From: Mobula hypostoma | Taxonomy: Eukaryota | Length of the DNA stretch: 64,000 nucleotides | Assembly (NCBI RefSeq): GCF_963921235.1 | Contig: NC_086097.1 | Coordinates: forward strand, 69,008,001 to 69,072,000 | Direction of reading: 5' to 3' | Part shown: piece by piece, positions 11,086 through 23,050 of the stretch | Layout of the letters: every line of letters begins with the position of its first letter | Numbering within the stretch: position 1 is the first letter of the stretch | The notes under the pieces: model-generated | The model's input: only the letters and a program-made list of their open reading frames with translations | What the model was told of the DNA's origin: nothing | The model's database searches: none | Position numbers and translations under genes: made by a program

Positions 11086-14000
11086 TTTCTTTTTTTTTGG
11101 CTGCAGTTTAAAGGGGGCCTTCCTGAGCAAGCCCTTGCTGCAGGCTGGAAACTTAACTATGGTCAATCCCTGAACTACAAAGCCCCACCCCACTGCACCC
11201 ATTTTACTGGTTGCCAGCTGTCTGCTCTTGACTCAGGGAGATGTCTGCTCAGATCCTAATATCTGCCACTTCCCCTTCCCCTGCTTCTCCTCTCCTCTGA
11301 TCCCACACCCTAATCCTCCATGTTCTTCCCCTTCAATTGCTCTGAGCGAAGGTAACCAACTATGTGTCATTCAATGGTACTAACATGTACTTCAGACCAT
11401 ACTCAATATCTAAGCAACAGGCCCATGATTAAAACTATCTTTGCTGTACTGCACAGCTACTGGGTAACATATCCCTCTGGGCACTGAAGAACCTCTAGGC
11501 CCTCTTGTTTCAGTTTGCTAATTCCATTACACAGTAAGGCACAGAATTCAATAACATAAATCTCTTCGTCATATTAATATAAACATGAAGCATACATGTG
11601 GCTCAGAAGCAGAGAACTCTAAGTGTATATCCACATATGCATTAGGGAAACAAAGCTTAGTTATGTTGGGTTTTATTAACAAGGAAACAGCAAAAGAGAA
11701 ATATCCCCACTCAGAAGTTGCCTAGACCAGAATGGTGAAAACATGGCCCATAAACAACAAATGGCATGTGCATTGCAAGCCAAACAAGACAGCTGAGGCC
11801 CACTTTACTTGACTTCAAATGCAGCACCTTCTCTTGGACAATGTCTACCAAGCTCAGGTACAAAACTGATACAGTTCTGGACATAAACACAAACAAGCTA
11901 TCACAATACACCAACAATTGTTTAATTAGTGGTTAATAAGTTCTGGATTATGGTCTAAATTAGCATTTTTTCTTGTAGTTTTACTTTGTTTATCCTTATT
12001 TGAATGTTTGTATAATCACCTGTTTGTCTGTAAATGTTCACTGGATTTTCAATAATTTGTAGTATAGCTGGTTCTGTATTTTTGAAGTTTCTTTGTCTGT
12101 AAACCTCAGGCTCACACCAGCACAAATCAAAGATGTCCTTGCCATCTCAAAGACTGTCCTTAGCAGAGAATTTCCTTGTCTGTCCAACTTGAACTAGTTT
12201 TCAGCATAAAAACCATCACACAGCAAGTTTTTTCGACCTTTTCTTTCCTCCTTACAGTAGAGTGAGTTGGTTACTGTCAGAGCTGTTATGCTTTACTGCT
12301 ATTTCTTTGTTATGGATATCTAATAAAATGCCTGTAGCCACAAGATTTGTGCCTCAGTCTTGACTTCCAAAGAACTTTCTGGACAATATTATCTCCAGAT
12401 CCAACTAGGGCTACAGCACACACAAATTAACATCTTAATGCTAAACCAAAGACTCAGTGATCATCTTATATATTGGAGCTGCATAGTTTCAAAGTAAAGA
12501 TTAGTTATATAGGCTGGCCATCAGAAGATACTGGTAAGCAAGTACTTCACCCAGGATCAAAGGGCCAAATGGACACGATTAACAATAAGACACATCCAAC
12601 CTTTGCAGCTCAACTCATTCTGGATCATCTGTGCTTACCTGGCCAAAGATACAAGACCTAAATGACCCGGAAATCAGATGTCAGCGCACCTGAGCTCCCG
12701 ATTTGCCACTGAAGTCAGCATTTGAATGGGTCACCTTTCCTGTGTTTGAACTATTTTACATTATGAAATACTTTAAATTATGTTTTAACCATTTAATGGA
12801 AGTTTTTAAGTATTTTATTTCATTATTTTTAAACTTTCTTGAGTAGTTTTTTTTAACTTATTCTGATAATGGGGAGTAAAAGCCTTTGACTAGGTGATGG
12901 GGTTTGAGGTAGATGCCACAGAATACAGTGCTTGAGACCCCCTCGTCTCTCAGAGTACACTCCACCTTGTGCGACCTCTCTCTAGTGTGAGGTATCAGAT
13001 TGTTTGGCCATCCAGTAAAAGAAAGGTAAATATTTTTGGGTGGGCAGGGCAGGCAGCAGATCTGGTCAATGAACTGGGCCCAGCTTAATCTGGCCCAATA
13101 CTTTCAGAAAACTGTGCCATGTTATGCAGATAAAAGGCTATATTCCTGAAAGACACTGTCACTGGAGGGGAAACTGAAAGTCAATTTCTTGCATATTTGG
13201 TGATTAATATGTACTCTCCCCATTCCTCATTCAGAAAATGTCAAGAACCCATTCAGAGGTCCCAAGTATTTTAAACCAAGCTATTTTGTCCCAGTAAATT
13301 TTTTGGTTATTTTTATAACGATTATCAGGGCATCAAAGCAATCCCATGAATCCAAAACTTTTGCTGTACTCTGAAAAATGTGAAGCAGAGAACCTCAAAG
13401 AACTCTGCATTCTCTTCAGTTAACAAGAAAGCTGCAGAAGCTTGCAACCCGCTGGCAGAAAAGCTAAATGCAATGTAACCCAACCCCTTCTGAATGTTGC
13501 CAGCATTAAATGGCGATTGTAGTGCACTCGAAAGCCTGTGATTGGGAAAATAAAGTAGACTTACAGTAATGTTCAAGTATCACTGCCAGTACCCATGGCA
13601 CTCTAGCAGAACTAGTCCTGGATTTGTACAAATGAAGGCTGGATATATTGTCCTGAGTTCTACTGCGTATTCTGTCCTCATGACCAACGTTCCAATAGCA
13701 GTCCAATGGCTGTAGCTAGCAGGGATATTTTCAGCACTGACCTAACTATCAGGAGAATGTCAACTGAACTTTGAGCCAGCAAGTGGGAGTCTCAGCTACT
13801 GTTTCCATCAGCAGAAGTTTTAAATTCATATCTTTGAATTTGCTGCTACAAAAGAATATCAAGAAATGACTTGAGATACACTAAAATTAGAAATTTTGAT
13901 TTAGCACAGTCAAGATAGCGGTTTCTTCTTTAGATACTATATTGCTTTTATAGTTACGAATATGCTTAAATCTCCATGGCTTTTAAAATAATATAAATTA

Positions 14001-14844
14001 ATTTCTATGTCCTAATTAGAGAGTGTGAAGATTATGTTCCAGTCAGTGCAATTTTTCTCCTTTGCAGATGACAATTGCAAATCCTCCATCAGAATAACCA
14101 TTGCAATTAGTTCAACCACATGAGGCCGGTTAGTCCTCATGAGTAAAAATTGTTCAACCTTATCCAGAGAAATCCTGGAGATTTATGATTGTTTGCACCC
14201 ATAATATGAGTGGCTTGGTGACTTATAGTACGTTGTACTGATTGAGTCCCAAGCAAGCGAGTAACCCTGTTCACCTCTGGTTCACCTCAAGGTCATTCCA
14301 CTCGATTCTGTGTTGTACACTATTTCCTTTCAAGTTTCTAACGGAGCACCATTGCAATCCTTACTTAAGGTTCAGTCAACAGCTGAAGCCTCGTCAATGT
14401 ACAGTAACTCAGTAACCTCAGCTCATGTTGCGACAGTAACATACTGAAGTGTGACAGATCAAAATATCAAGCCTTGTCTGCCCATGTTGAACCTGTTTTT
14501 GTTGTATTTTGCACAAACATTAACAAAAATTTATTCTGCCATATTAAAAGTATATCACTATAAATTATTTTTGACAAAAGCAGTTGTTAGTTTATATCTC
14601 AGGTTCCTGACATTTTTATGGAATATTAGTAAGTACCCAGCTGTTCCTTTATTGATGCCAAGTACAGCCTGGATTAAAGCAAGTAAAACTAGATCAATAG
14701 GGCAGTTACTCCAGAATATTCAGGAGGATTTCATATAACAAAGGAAATCAATCATTTATTTATTGCAAGCTCATGATTAGCAGTCAAATAAATGGAGTTT
14801 TCTTTGAAACTGTGAGAATTTCATTCAGCAGAATCCAAAACATC

Positions 14845-15404
14845 ATAAACACCAGAGATCCTGCAGATGCTGGAAATCCAGACTAATGCTGTACACACAA
14901 AATGCCAGAGGAACTCAGCAGGTCAGGCAGCAACCATGGAAGTGAATAAACAGTTGGCATTTTGAGCGGACTGAGGTGGAAGGGGGAAGACGCCAGAGTA
15001 AGAAGGTGGGGGGGAGGGGAAAGGGGGATAGCTAGAAGGTGATTGGTGAAGCCACGTGGGTGGGTGTGACAGAGCGTAGAATTCCTCCCTTCCTCCCCTC
15101 CCCCCCCCACCCCCAACCCACCCATCAGTCAGGTCCCCGCCCTGAAACTGGAGAAACAACATACAGGACGTGTCAAAGCACGCCACTGTTCTGGAGTGTG
15201 TAAGTACAAACAAAAGTGTCCTTGCTGCATGTTAGCCGAGAGTTGCACCTAGTAAGCATAGCATCAGCACTGCCAGACCGGGATAATGAGAATCACGGGG
15301 CTTTGGGAGGGGTGGGGGAGACACACTCTGTCACAGTGGGAAAGATAAAGGGCTAGAGAAGCATTTTGTATGTGCTGCTCTGGATTTCCAGCATCTGCGG
15401 CATC
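14845..15404. mobile_element. Short fold-back PLE remnant interrupted by a solo LTR
   Basis: Minus arm (ctgcagatgctggaaatcc...cagcaggtcaggcagc) and short plus arm (gcattttgtatgtg...ccagcatctgc). Confidence 0.75.
15065..15335. mobile_element. Solo LTR (271 bp)
   Basis: TGTGACAGAG...CTCTGTCACA inverted termini and 5-bp TSD GTGGG (15060-15064, 15336-15340). Confidence 0.75.
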
Positions 15405-15764
15405 AAAAGATACAGGGAAAGCATGATGAATAAAGTTTTTCTCGTTAAGCCGAGTGCTTATGATCTGGAATTCAGCCTAAAAGGAAGAATTAATCAAGGC
15501 TTCAAAGGAAACCGGTAGGCAGTCAAAGAATGATTGACAGATTATCAGGGTAGAGTGGGTGATTGATTTTGCTGGAATTGATCAAGAGCACAGACTCAAT
15601 GGATCAAAGTCTCCTTCTGTGCCAAAATGATCATATTATTCCAGCAACAAGACTGTAAGGAAGCAGCTGAACTCAGGTTTATTTCCAGTTACGCACCTCC
15701 CACTCTAATCTGATCATTACTAGTTACAGGTCCTCTGTAACTACACACAAGCTACATTCTGTCC

Positions 15765-16290
15765 ATGGCCATGATGTCAGACCGAAATGGGAGTCGAACT
15801 GAAATAAGAGGCAACACTTCATATTCCATCTGGGTAGCCTCCAACCTGATGGCATGAACATTGACTTCTCTGACTTCCAGTAATCTCTCCCCACTCCCTC
15901 CTTCACTATTTTTCCATTCTCAATTCTGGTTACACTCTCACCCCTTCTCTTCTTCCCACTTGCCCATGATCTCACGCTGGTTTCCCTCCTCCTGCCCTTT
16001 CTTCCATGGTCACCGTCTTCTCCTATTAGTTTTGTTCTTCTTCAGTCCTTTACCTCTTCCACCTGTACCCTCTCAGCTTCACACCATCCCCCATCCCCTA
16101 CACTCGCATCTTCCCCCTCTCACCCACCAGCTTGTATTGTTTTCCCTCCCACCACCTTCTTATTCTGGATTCTGCCCACTTCCTTTCTAGACCTGATGAA
16201 GGATCATAGACTGAAACATCAACTGTCTATTCCCCTCTACAGATGCTGCCTGGTGTGCTGAATTCCTCCAGCATTTTGTGTGAGCTACAA
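15765..16290 (+). mobile_element. PLE 3' fragment
   Basis: GIY-YIG end (ctgggtagcctccaacctgatggcatgaacattgac), pyrimidine-rich UTR, degenerate hammerhead (cctgatgaaggatcatagactgaaacatc). Confidence 0.8.
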
Positions 16291-16374
16291 TTGGTGCAGA
16301 TTGGAAAAAAAAATATTTCCTCCTCGGTGACAAGCAGGACAGCACACCTCAAGGATACCACTGATTCCCTCTCT

Positions 16375-16755
16375 CTATAGCTATGATGGTGTGGCTAGAT
16401 ATAGATAGTGATGAGGAGGTGTACGGGGTGAGACAGATTGGCTGGTTAAATGGTGTCACTAAAACAAGCTTGCAGTCAATGCCAGCAAGGCCAAGGAATT
16501 GATTGTGGACTTCAGGAAGAGGATATTGGTGGAACACACATAAATAATAGAGGAGCCTGCACTGGAAGGGACGAGCAGCTGGAAGTTCCTGGGTGTCAGC
16601 ATCTCAGTGGATCTATCCTGGGCCGAACATATTGATGCAATCATGAAGAGGCCACGCCAGCAGCTATACTCCATTCAGAGTTTGAGGAGATTCTACAGAT
16701 GCACTGTGAAGAGCAGTCTGACTGGTTGCCTCTCCAGCTGGTATGGAGGCTCCCA
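16375..16755 (+). mobile_element. Degenerate Rex1-type LINE fragment
   Basis: DLSWAEHIDAIMKRPRQQLYSIQSLRRF... similar to other Rex1-type copies. Confidence 0.7.
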
Positions 16756-16762
16756 TGTACAT

Positions 16763-16910
16763 GTCGATGAAACCCTTCATCAGATTGATAGCTTCTTGAC
16801 GAAGGGTCTCGGCCAGAAACATTGACTGTTTATTCCTGACCTGCTGAACTCCTCCAGCATTTTGTGTGTGCTGCTCTGGATTCCCAGCATCTGCAGAATC
16901 ACTTGTGTTT
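16763..16910 (+). mobile_element. PLE terminal fragment with tiny inverted piece
   Basis: acccttcatcag (inverted) followed by ttgacgaagggtctcggccagaaacattgact...ccagcatctgcaga. Confidence 0.7.
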
Positions 16911-16949
16911 ATAACTTGCAGTAAATCCATCCCACGGGTCTCCCAAACA

Positions 16950-18153
16950 CCCATCATCTACCTGCTGAACCGTGTCTACGCCCACCCGGACAAGCCAGCG
17001 AGCACTGTGAGGGTCACGTTTTTTGACTTATCCAGTGCCTTCAACACCATCCGCCCTGCTCCGCTGGGGGAGAAGTTGACAACGATGCAGGTGGATGCTT
17101 CCCTGGTGTCATGGATTCTTGATTACCTGACTGGCAGACCCAGTACGTGTGCTTGTAACACTGTGTGTCCGACAGAGAGATCAGCAGCACTGGGGCTCCA
17201 CAGGAGACTGTCTTGTCTCCCTTTCTCTTCACCATTTACACCTCAGACTTCAACTACTGCACAGAGTCTTGTCATCTTCAGAAGTTTTCTGATGACTCTG
17301 CCACAGTTGGATGCATCAGCAAGGGAGATGAGGCCGAGTACAGGGCTACGGTAGGAAACTTTGTCACATGGCGTGAGCAGAATTATCTGCAGCTTAATGT
17401 GAAAAAAACTAAGGAGCTGGTGGTAGACCTGAGGAGAGCTAAGGTACCGGTGACCCCTGTTTCCATTCAGGGGGTCAGTGTGGACATGGTGAAGGATTAC
17501 AAATACCTGGGGATAAGAATTGACAATAAACTGGACTGGTCAAAGAACACTGAGGCTGTCTACAAGAAGGGTCAGAGCCGTCTCTATTTCCTGAGGAGAC
17601 TGAGGTCCTTTAACATCTGTCGGACGATGCTGAGGATGTTCTACGAGTCTGTGGTGGCCAGAGCTATCATGTTTGCTGTTGTGTGCTGGGGCAGCAGGCT
17701 GAGGGTAGCAGACACTAACAGAATCAACAAACTCATTCGTAAGGCCAGTGATGTTGTGGGGATGGAACTGGACTCTCTCACGGTGGTGTCTGAAAAGAGG
17801 ATGCTGTCTAAGTTGCATGCCATCTTGGTCAATGTCTCCCATCCACTACATAATGTACTGGGTGGGCACAGGAGTACATTCAGCCAGAGACTCATTCCAC
17901 CGAGATGCAGCACAGAGCATCATAGGAAGTCATTCCTGCCTGCGGCCATCAAACTTTACATCTCCTCCTTTGGAGGGTCAGACATCCTGAGCCAATAGGC
18001 TGGTCCTGGACTTATTTCCTGGCATAATTTACATATTACTATTTAATTATTTATGGTTTTATTATTACTATTTAATTATTTATGGTGCAACTGTAACGAA
18101 AACCAATTTCCCCCAGGATCAATAAAGTATGGCTATGACTATGACTATGACTA
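16950..18153 (+). mobile_element. Rex1/Babar-clade LINE, 5'-truncated, with frameshift
   Basis: RT motifs FFDLSSAFNTI, GAPQETVLSPFLF, KFSDD; C-terminal YKYLG...RLYFLRRLRSF; AATAAA and (CTATGA)n tail. Confidence 0.85.
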
Positions 18154-18199
18154 TAAGCCAAGCATTTGGAAGCTGGGTAGAACCTGCAAATTTCAATGC

Positions 18200-18860
18200 A
18201 GAGAGTAATCAATAAAGTGGATGAAAATGAGGTAGCCAGATTTCATTGCAGGTAACTGCAAATTGCGAAATCTGGGTCAATAAAGGATTCAGCCAAAGAT
18301 TTTTATGCAGTTTGGTAGTGGTGGATGTCTAAAGAGGAAATATGTAAGAGTTTGCTTCAGCTGTATAAAGGTTTTAGGCATATATGGAATATAGTGCAGA
18401 TTATGTTGTGTAGATTCTTGTTCACTGAGAAAGGATGCAGTGGCAAAGGAATACAATGCATCATAACCAGAATGATACCAAAGCCCTATAGATTAAATGA
18501 TAAACTGAAATTACATATTCCTGTAGCACAATATGTCAGGGGTTGGCTTGGGTGTGTCCTTTAAGGGTCTTGAAAGGAAATGGAGAGGAACTCTTCCCAC
18601 TGATGGAGAAGCAGGACAAAGCAATATAACAAACTCAGAGCCAAGTGAGGGCTGGGGTGAGAAGTTCAGAAAAACTTTGTCATGCAATGTTGAAAAATAA
18701 GCTTTCCTACCATATGTAGTAATTGCTAACTCAATTCATTAAGTATGCTGAGGATCAGTAAAAATTAATTAGCCAAAGGCACTAAAGAATATCAAATAAG
18801 GATTTGATGAGCCACAATCTTGCTGTATGTCAAAACAGAATCAGCTATAGCTATATTCCT
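18200..18860 (+). mobile_element. Highly degenerate CR1 3' fragment
   Basis: LLQLYKGFRHIWNIVQ resembles the CR1 motif LLQLYKALVRPHLEYCVQ. Confidence 0.5.
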
Positions 18861-19171
18861 AGAAAGAAGATCAAACACTGAAGCTACTCCTAAACCATGG
18901 TTTCATGCTCTTTGTAAATTATTGAAGCACATTACCACTGCGGCTTCCTAGATGATGACAACACTGACTTTGGACTGACATAAAGGAGAAACAACTTTGT
19001 TTCGTTACAAAAATGATCATTTGCGTGGCTTAACTCAAACTCAAATAGTTTCAAAGAATCATATAAATTGCTCTCGTGTAATTTTAATGCTCCTAATATG
19101 AAACCATATCTTGCAGCCTCTTGCATAACTTTGAAATTCATAAAATTACTGGATTAAGTTCATTAAGAAAA

Positions 19172-19219
19172 ATAGTCATAGTCACAGTCATACTTTATTG
19201 ATCCCGGGGGAAATTGGTT
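19172..19219 (-). mobile_element. 48-bp 3' tip of the Rex1-type LINE family
   Basis: Reverse complement of 18102-18153 (aaccaatttccccc.ggatcaataaagtatg.ct.tgactatgactat). Confidence 0.8.
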
Positions 19220-21532
19220 AATATTGAATTGGTTAATATTGAAACAATAATAAAAGTAGGTTCATCATCCTGGCTCCTTCCCCCTTCCTTTCCAGCCCTG
19301 TTGAAGGGTCTCAGCCCAAAATGTCAAGTGTTTAGTCACTTTCATAGGTGCTGACTGATCTGCTGAATTCTCCAGGGTTTTGTGCATGTTTCACCATGAC
19401 CTGCTGCCGAGTTAATCTTGTATTTACTGTTGGTTTCTGTTGCTGTCTTGGTGTATTACTTATCCTCCAATATGAAGAGGTTTTCACTGCCTCTATGTCA
19501 ATCAGGTAACACATTTGCCTTAGTCACTACTTCAGCTGATATATTTTTAGTTACAGAGCTACAAACAGCATTCGTTGCATTCACAATATTGTTTCTCAAT
19601 TTAGTGCAGCCCAGGAGTTTAGACTACATGATTACTACTGTATTTGTTCCTGAAGGTAATAAACACAGGCAGTGCCTTCCAGAGGACAGAACTCCATTTG
19701 ATTAATGATCCTCTATTCAGTTCATTATCTACCTCCTTGCACGGAGCGTGCTTCATGCATACTTCAACTGTAAGTACCCCTTCAAGTCACACAATAGCTT
19801 AAATCGTGCATGTGTCATTGCTTCATCAATATTTTGGAATTCACTGCTAAAATAAAAAAGTTGCAAAAAACTACACTTATTGTAATAGGATGGTCTACGG
19901 CAGCATATAATTAAAGTGTTTTTGAAGTGTACTTCCAGAGGTAATACAGGATTCTTGGCAGACAATTGTGTACTGAACTATCAGCTTATGTGCTTTAAAC
20001 CCCTGGTTAAGGAATAACTATAGGCCAGTACACCATCTCTCTTGCCTCTCCTTGCGGAGTCAAAATATATTTTACGTCCTCGTAAGCAGGTTTATATCTA
20101 AAGTCCAACACAAAGGACAGTGCCTCTAACGTGCTCTCAGCATTGGTTTGAGATATCAACCTATATTTAGCCTTCAGGTCACTTGAGTGGAATTTCATCA
20201 GCACCTCTGGAAAACAAACTTGTCAGTATCTTTTAACTCACAAGAAACTTATTTACTTGAAAGTAAGGTGATTATTTTGCTAGGAAGAGCAATAAGCGGG
20301 ATCAGAAAAGTTTTAGTAGTCACCAGAAAAAGTTGACAAAGAGGAAGAAGATAAAATATGAATAATCTGGCAAGAAAAATATATAGAGAGTATATTATAA
20401 AATTTGTAAGAACTTCAACAACTGTGCAAAAAGAGGGTAGGAGAAAGTAAATATGAATTCTTTAGCAGAGGCAAGAGCACTTATTAAACAATAGTTTGTA
20501 TTTTCACAATACAAAACTAAGGACCAAATGAAAAGTGAAGTTCACCTATTTTATATTTATGAAGAAGTTAAGGGGATTAAAAGCAGAGAAAAGGTGATTT
20601 ACCTTGGGATATGGGAATGGGCACTCAGGGATGAGTGGAGAAGAAATGTTTATACTAAGGAAATTTTTATTCATTGGATATTTCCTACTCCAGAAAGTTA
20701 TGGATGATCAGTCACTAGATATACTCAAGAGTGAGACACAGAACTCTGAGACAAAACCGAGTCAAGAGACAAGAGGATTGAGGTTGGATATCAGCTGTGA
20801 TCTTACTGAGTCGCAGAACAGACTCAAAGATTTGAACATGCTTTCACTTAATGTTTTCTTATGATCTTAAATAATTAAAAACCCATCTAAAATATCATCA
20901 ATATACAAATAAATGTTTATAATGCATATACCAGCTATGATTTTTATGTTGTACCTGTTCCAAAAAGTGATTATCAAGTTATCAAGTGATTGTGCTCACC
21001 GATTGTCATTAGGTGAACCCGTTTAATGCAGGCTCAAGCATCCTGGCAACTTACTTTACACAAATCATTGTTACCAAAGGACTATTTTGAAAATTATTTT
21101 GGATTGGATTGCAGTACAACTCTTTCTCACAAATTGCTTTGAAATTCTAGCCTTTCAGAATGAAAAAGCCGGCATGAATTTGAGAGAAGAATAGGAACAC
21201 GTGAACGAAGGAGGTTGCACTGGAAAAAAACAATTACACAAAACTGTAATTTAAAAATTGTTTTTTTAAGTAATGCATTTCAGAATATCCATAGGACACT
21301 TACAACCTATCAACTGAATTACATCTTAAACCTGTTTTATAGGTAATAAGTATTAATTTCATATTATATTGAATACTCCTTAAGCTTGGATTCTGCACAA
21401 GGAAAAGCATTTGTTGACAGATTTAATCGCAGTATTAACTTTACCAGCAGGTGGCACTCTGACTCAGTTCCACACCCCAGTAATAAATGTGGTGAAACAT
21501 ACAATCTGCTGGAAGAATTCAGCATGCCGAGC

Positions 21533-21985
21533 AGAATCAGAAATACAATCAGGTTTACTAGCACTGACATATGTTGCTAAATTTGTTGTTTTGCACCAGC
21601 AGTACTGTGCAAGACATAAAAGTTGCTGTAAGTTACAAAAGTAAACAGCTCCTGGGTATTCCTCTTTTGGGGTAGTGTCAGTAGGTTCATAAATCATCTG
21701 ATCATAAATCTGATGACGGAGGGGACAGAAGCTGTTCCTACAATATTGAGTATAGGTCTTCAGGCTGCTATACCTTCTCCCCAATGGTAGTAGCAAGAAG
21801 TGGGCATGTCCCAGACGGTGAGGGTTCTTAATGGTGGATTCCATCGCCTTAAGGCACTGCCTCTTGACGATGTCCTTGATGGAGGAGAGGGCTGTACCCA
21901 TGATGTATCTGGCTGAGTTTACAACCTTCTGCAGCTTCTTTCAATCCTGTGCATTCGAGCAGCTCGTCAGAACGCTCTCCACCAT
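21533..21985 (-). mobile_element. Rex1/L2-type LINE 3' fragment
   Basis: Minus ORF MGTALSSIKDIVKRQCLKAMESTIKNPHRLGHAHFLLLPLGRRYSSLKT and tail ctgattct. Confidence 0.75.
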
Positions 21986-22429
21986 ACATGCAAACTCAGC
22001 ATCAATGGGAGGAAAGAAATGATCAAGGACTGAGCATGGACATACAGATGGCCAGCTTAGAGAGGGAAGGACTGACGAGGGTTGTAAGATGATGAGCAGT
22101 ATTGGGGGTAGGGTTGGAAAACAGTGCTGGGTAAGTGATAGATGGGGGCAGATAGAGAGGAAAAAGAGTGCACAGCTGCAGCAAGGTGGCGGAGGTGTCG
22201 GTGAAGACACGAGACGGCTGCTGGGGGGAGATTAGCAAGGAATATCCATGCTGGTTTCTGATAATTAATAGGAACCATTAGAGGAGAAGGAAGAGTGAAC
22301 AACAGTTGGAATCTGATTGGAGATGAGGATGGGGGTAGGGGTTGGGGTTGGGACTCCTTATGTGAAGTTGGTGGGTAGAGGAGGGGAAAGGGGTGAGGAT
22401 AGGGGGGCTGGGGATGGGTGGAAGGGGAC

Positions 22430-22620
22430 AAAAATGGGAGCATCAGATAATCATGAGAAGAGGACAGAGGGAGGAAAAGGAAAGAGCGAGGAGGGTGTTG
22501 ACCTAAAATTGGAAAACTCAATATTCATGCTGTGGGTTGTAGAGTACCCGGGCATAATATATTGTTTCTCCAGTTTGGGTGGGGCTTCATCCTGGCAGTA
22601 GATAGGGCTAAGGATGGACA
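22430..22620 (-). mobile_element. Degenerate PLE GIY-YIG end
   Basis: Minus YCQDEAPPKLEKQY...SMNIEFSNFR. Confidence 0.65.
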
Positions 22621-22958
22621 GTAACCGTGATGACTTGTCTTTCAAAAAAAATTCCTGCCAAATAGTGTGAGTGAATACCAAAAAAGTGAATCAGTATGCA
22701 ATTTCCTTATATGACCACTGAGTGTCACTGTGGAACTGCAGTCAACCAAGTTGATAGTGTTAAATTCAGTAAAGTTGTAACAGCTGAGTTTCAATTTAAA
22801 CCATTTTTGATCCAGAAATTTGTTAGCACATTTAACTCACGTTGAGTGGCAATCTGGACATTAAATGCAAACTGAAGTCTTGGCAGTGTGTTCAGTAGCT
22901 TTAGTATTAAAAGCAGAGAAGGCCATTCTACAATTTTGTAAAATGGGCAATGCACATT

Positions 22959-23050
22959 AAGGGTCTCGGCCTGAAACGTCGACTGCACCTCTTCCTACAG
23001 ATGCTGCCTGGCCTGCTGCGTTCACCAACAACTTTGATGTGTGTTGGTTG
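22959..23050 (+). mobile_element. 92-bp PLE terminal insertion
   Basis: Starts inside the hammerhead motif (aagggtctcggcctGAAACGTCgact); perfect 10-bp TSD AATGCACATT (22949-22958, 23051-23060). Confidence 0.85.
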
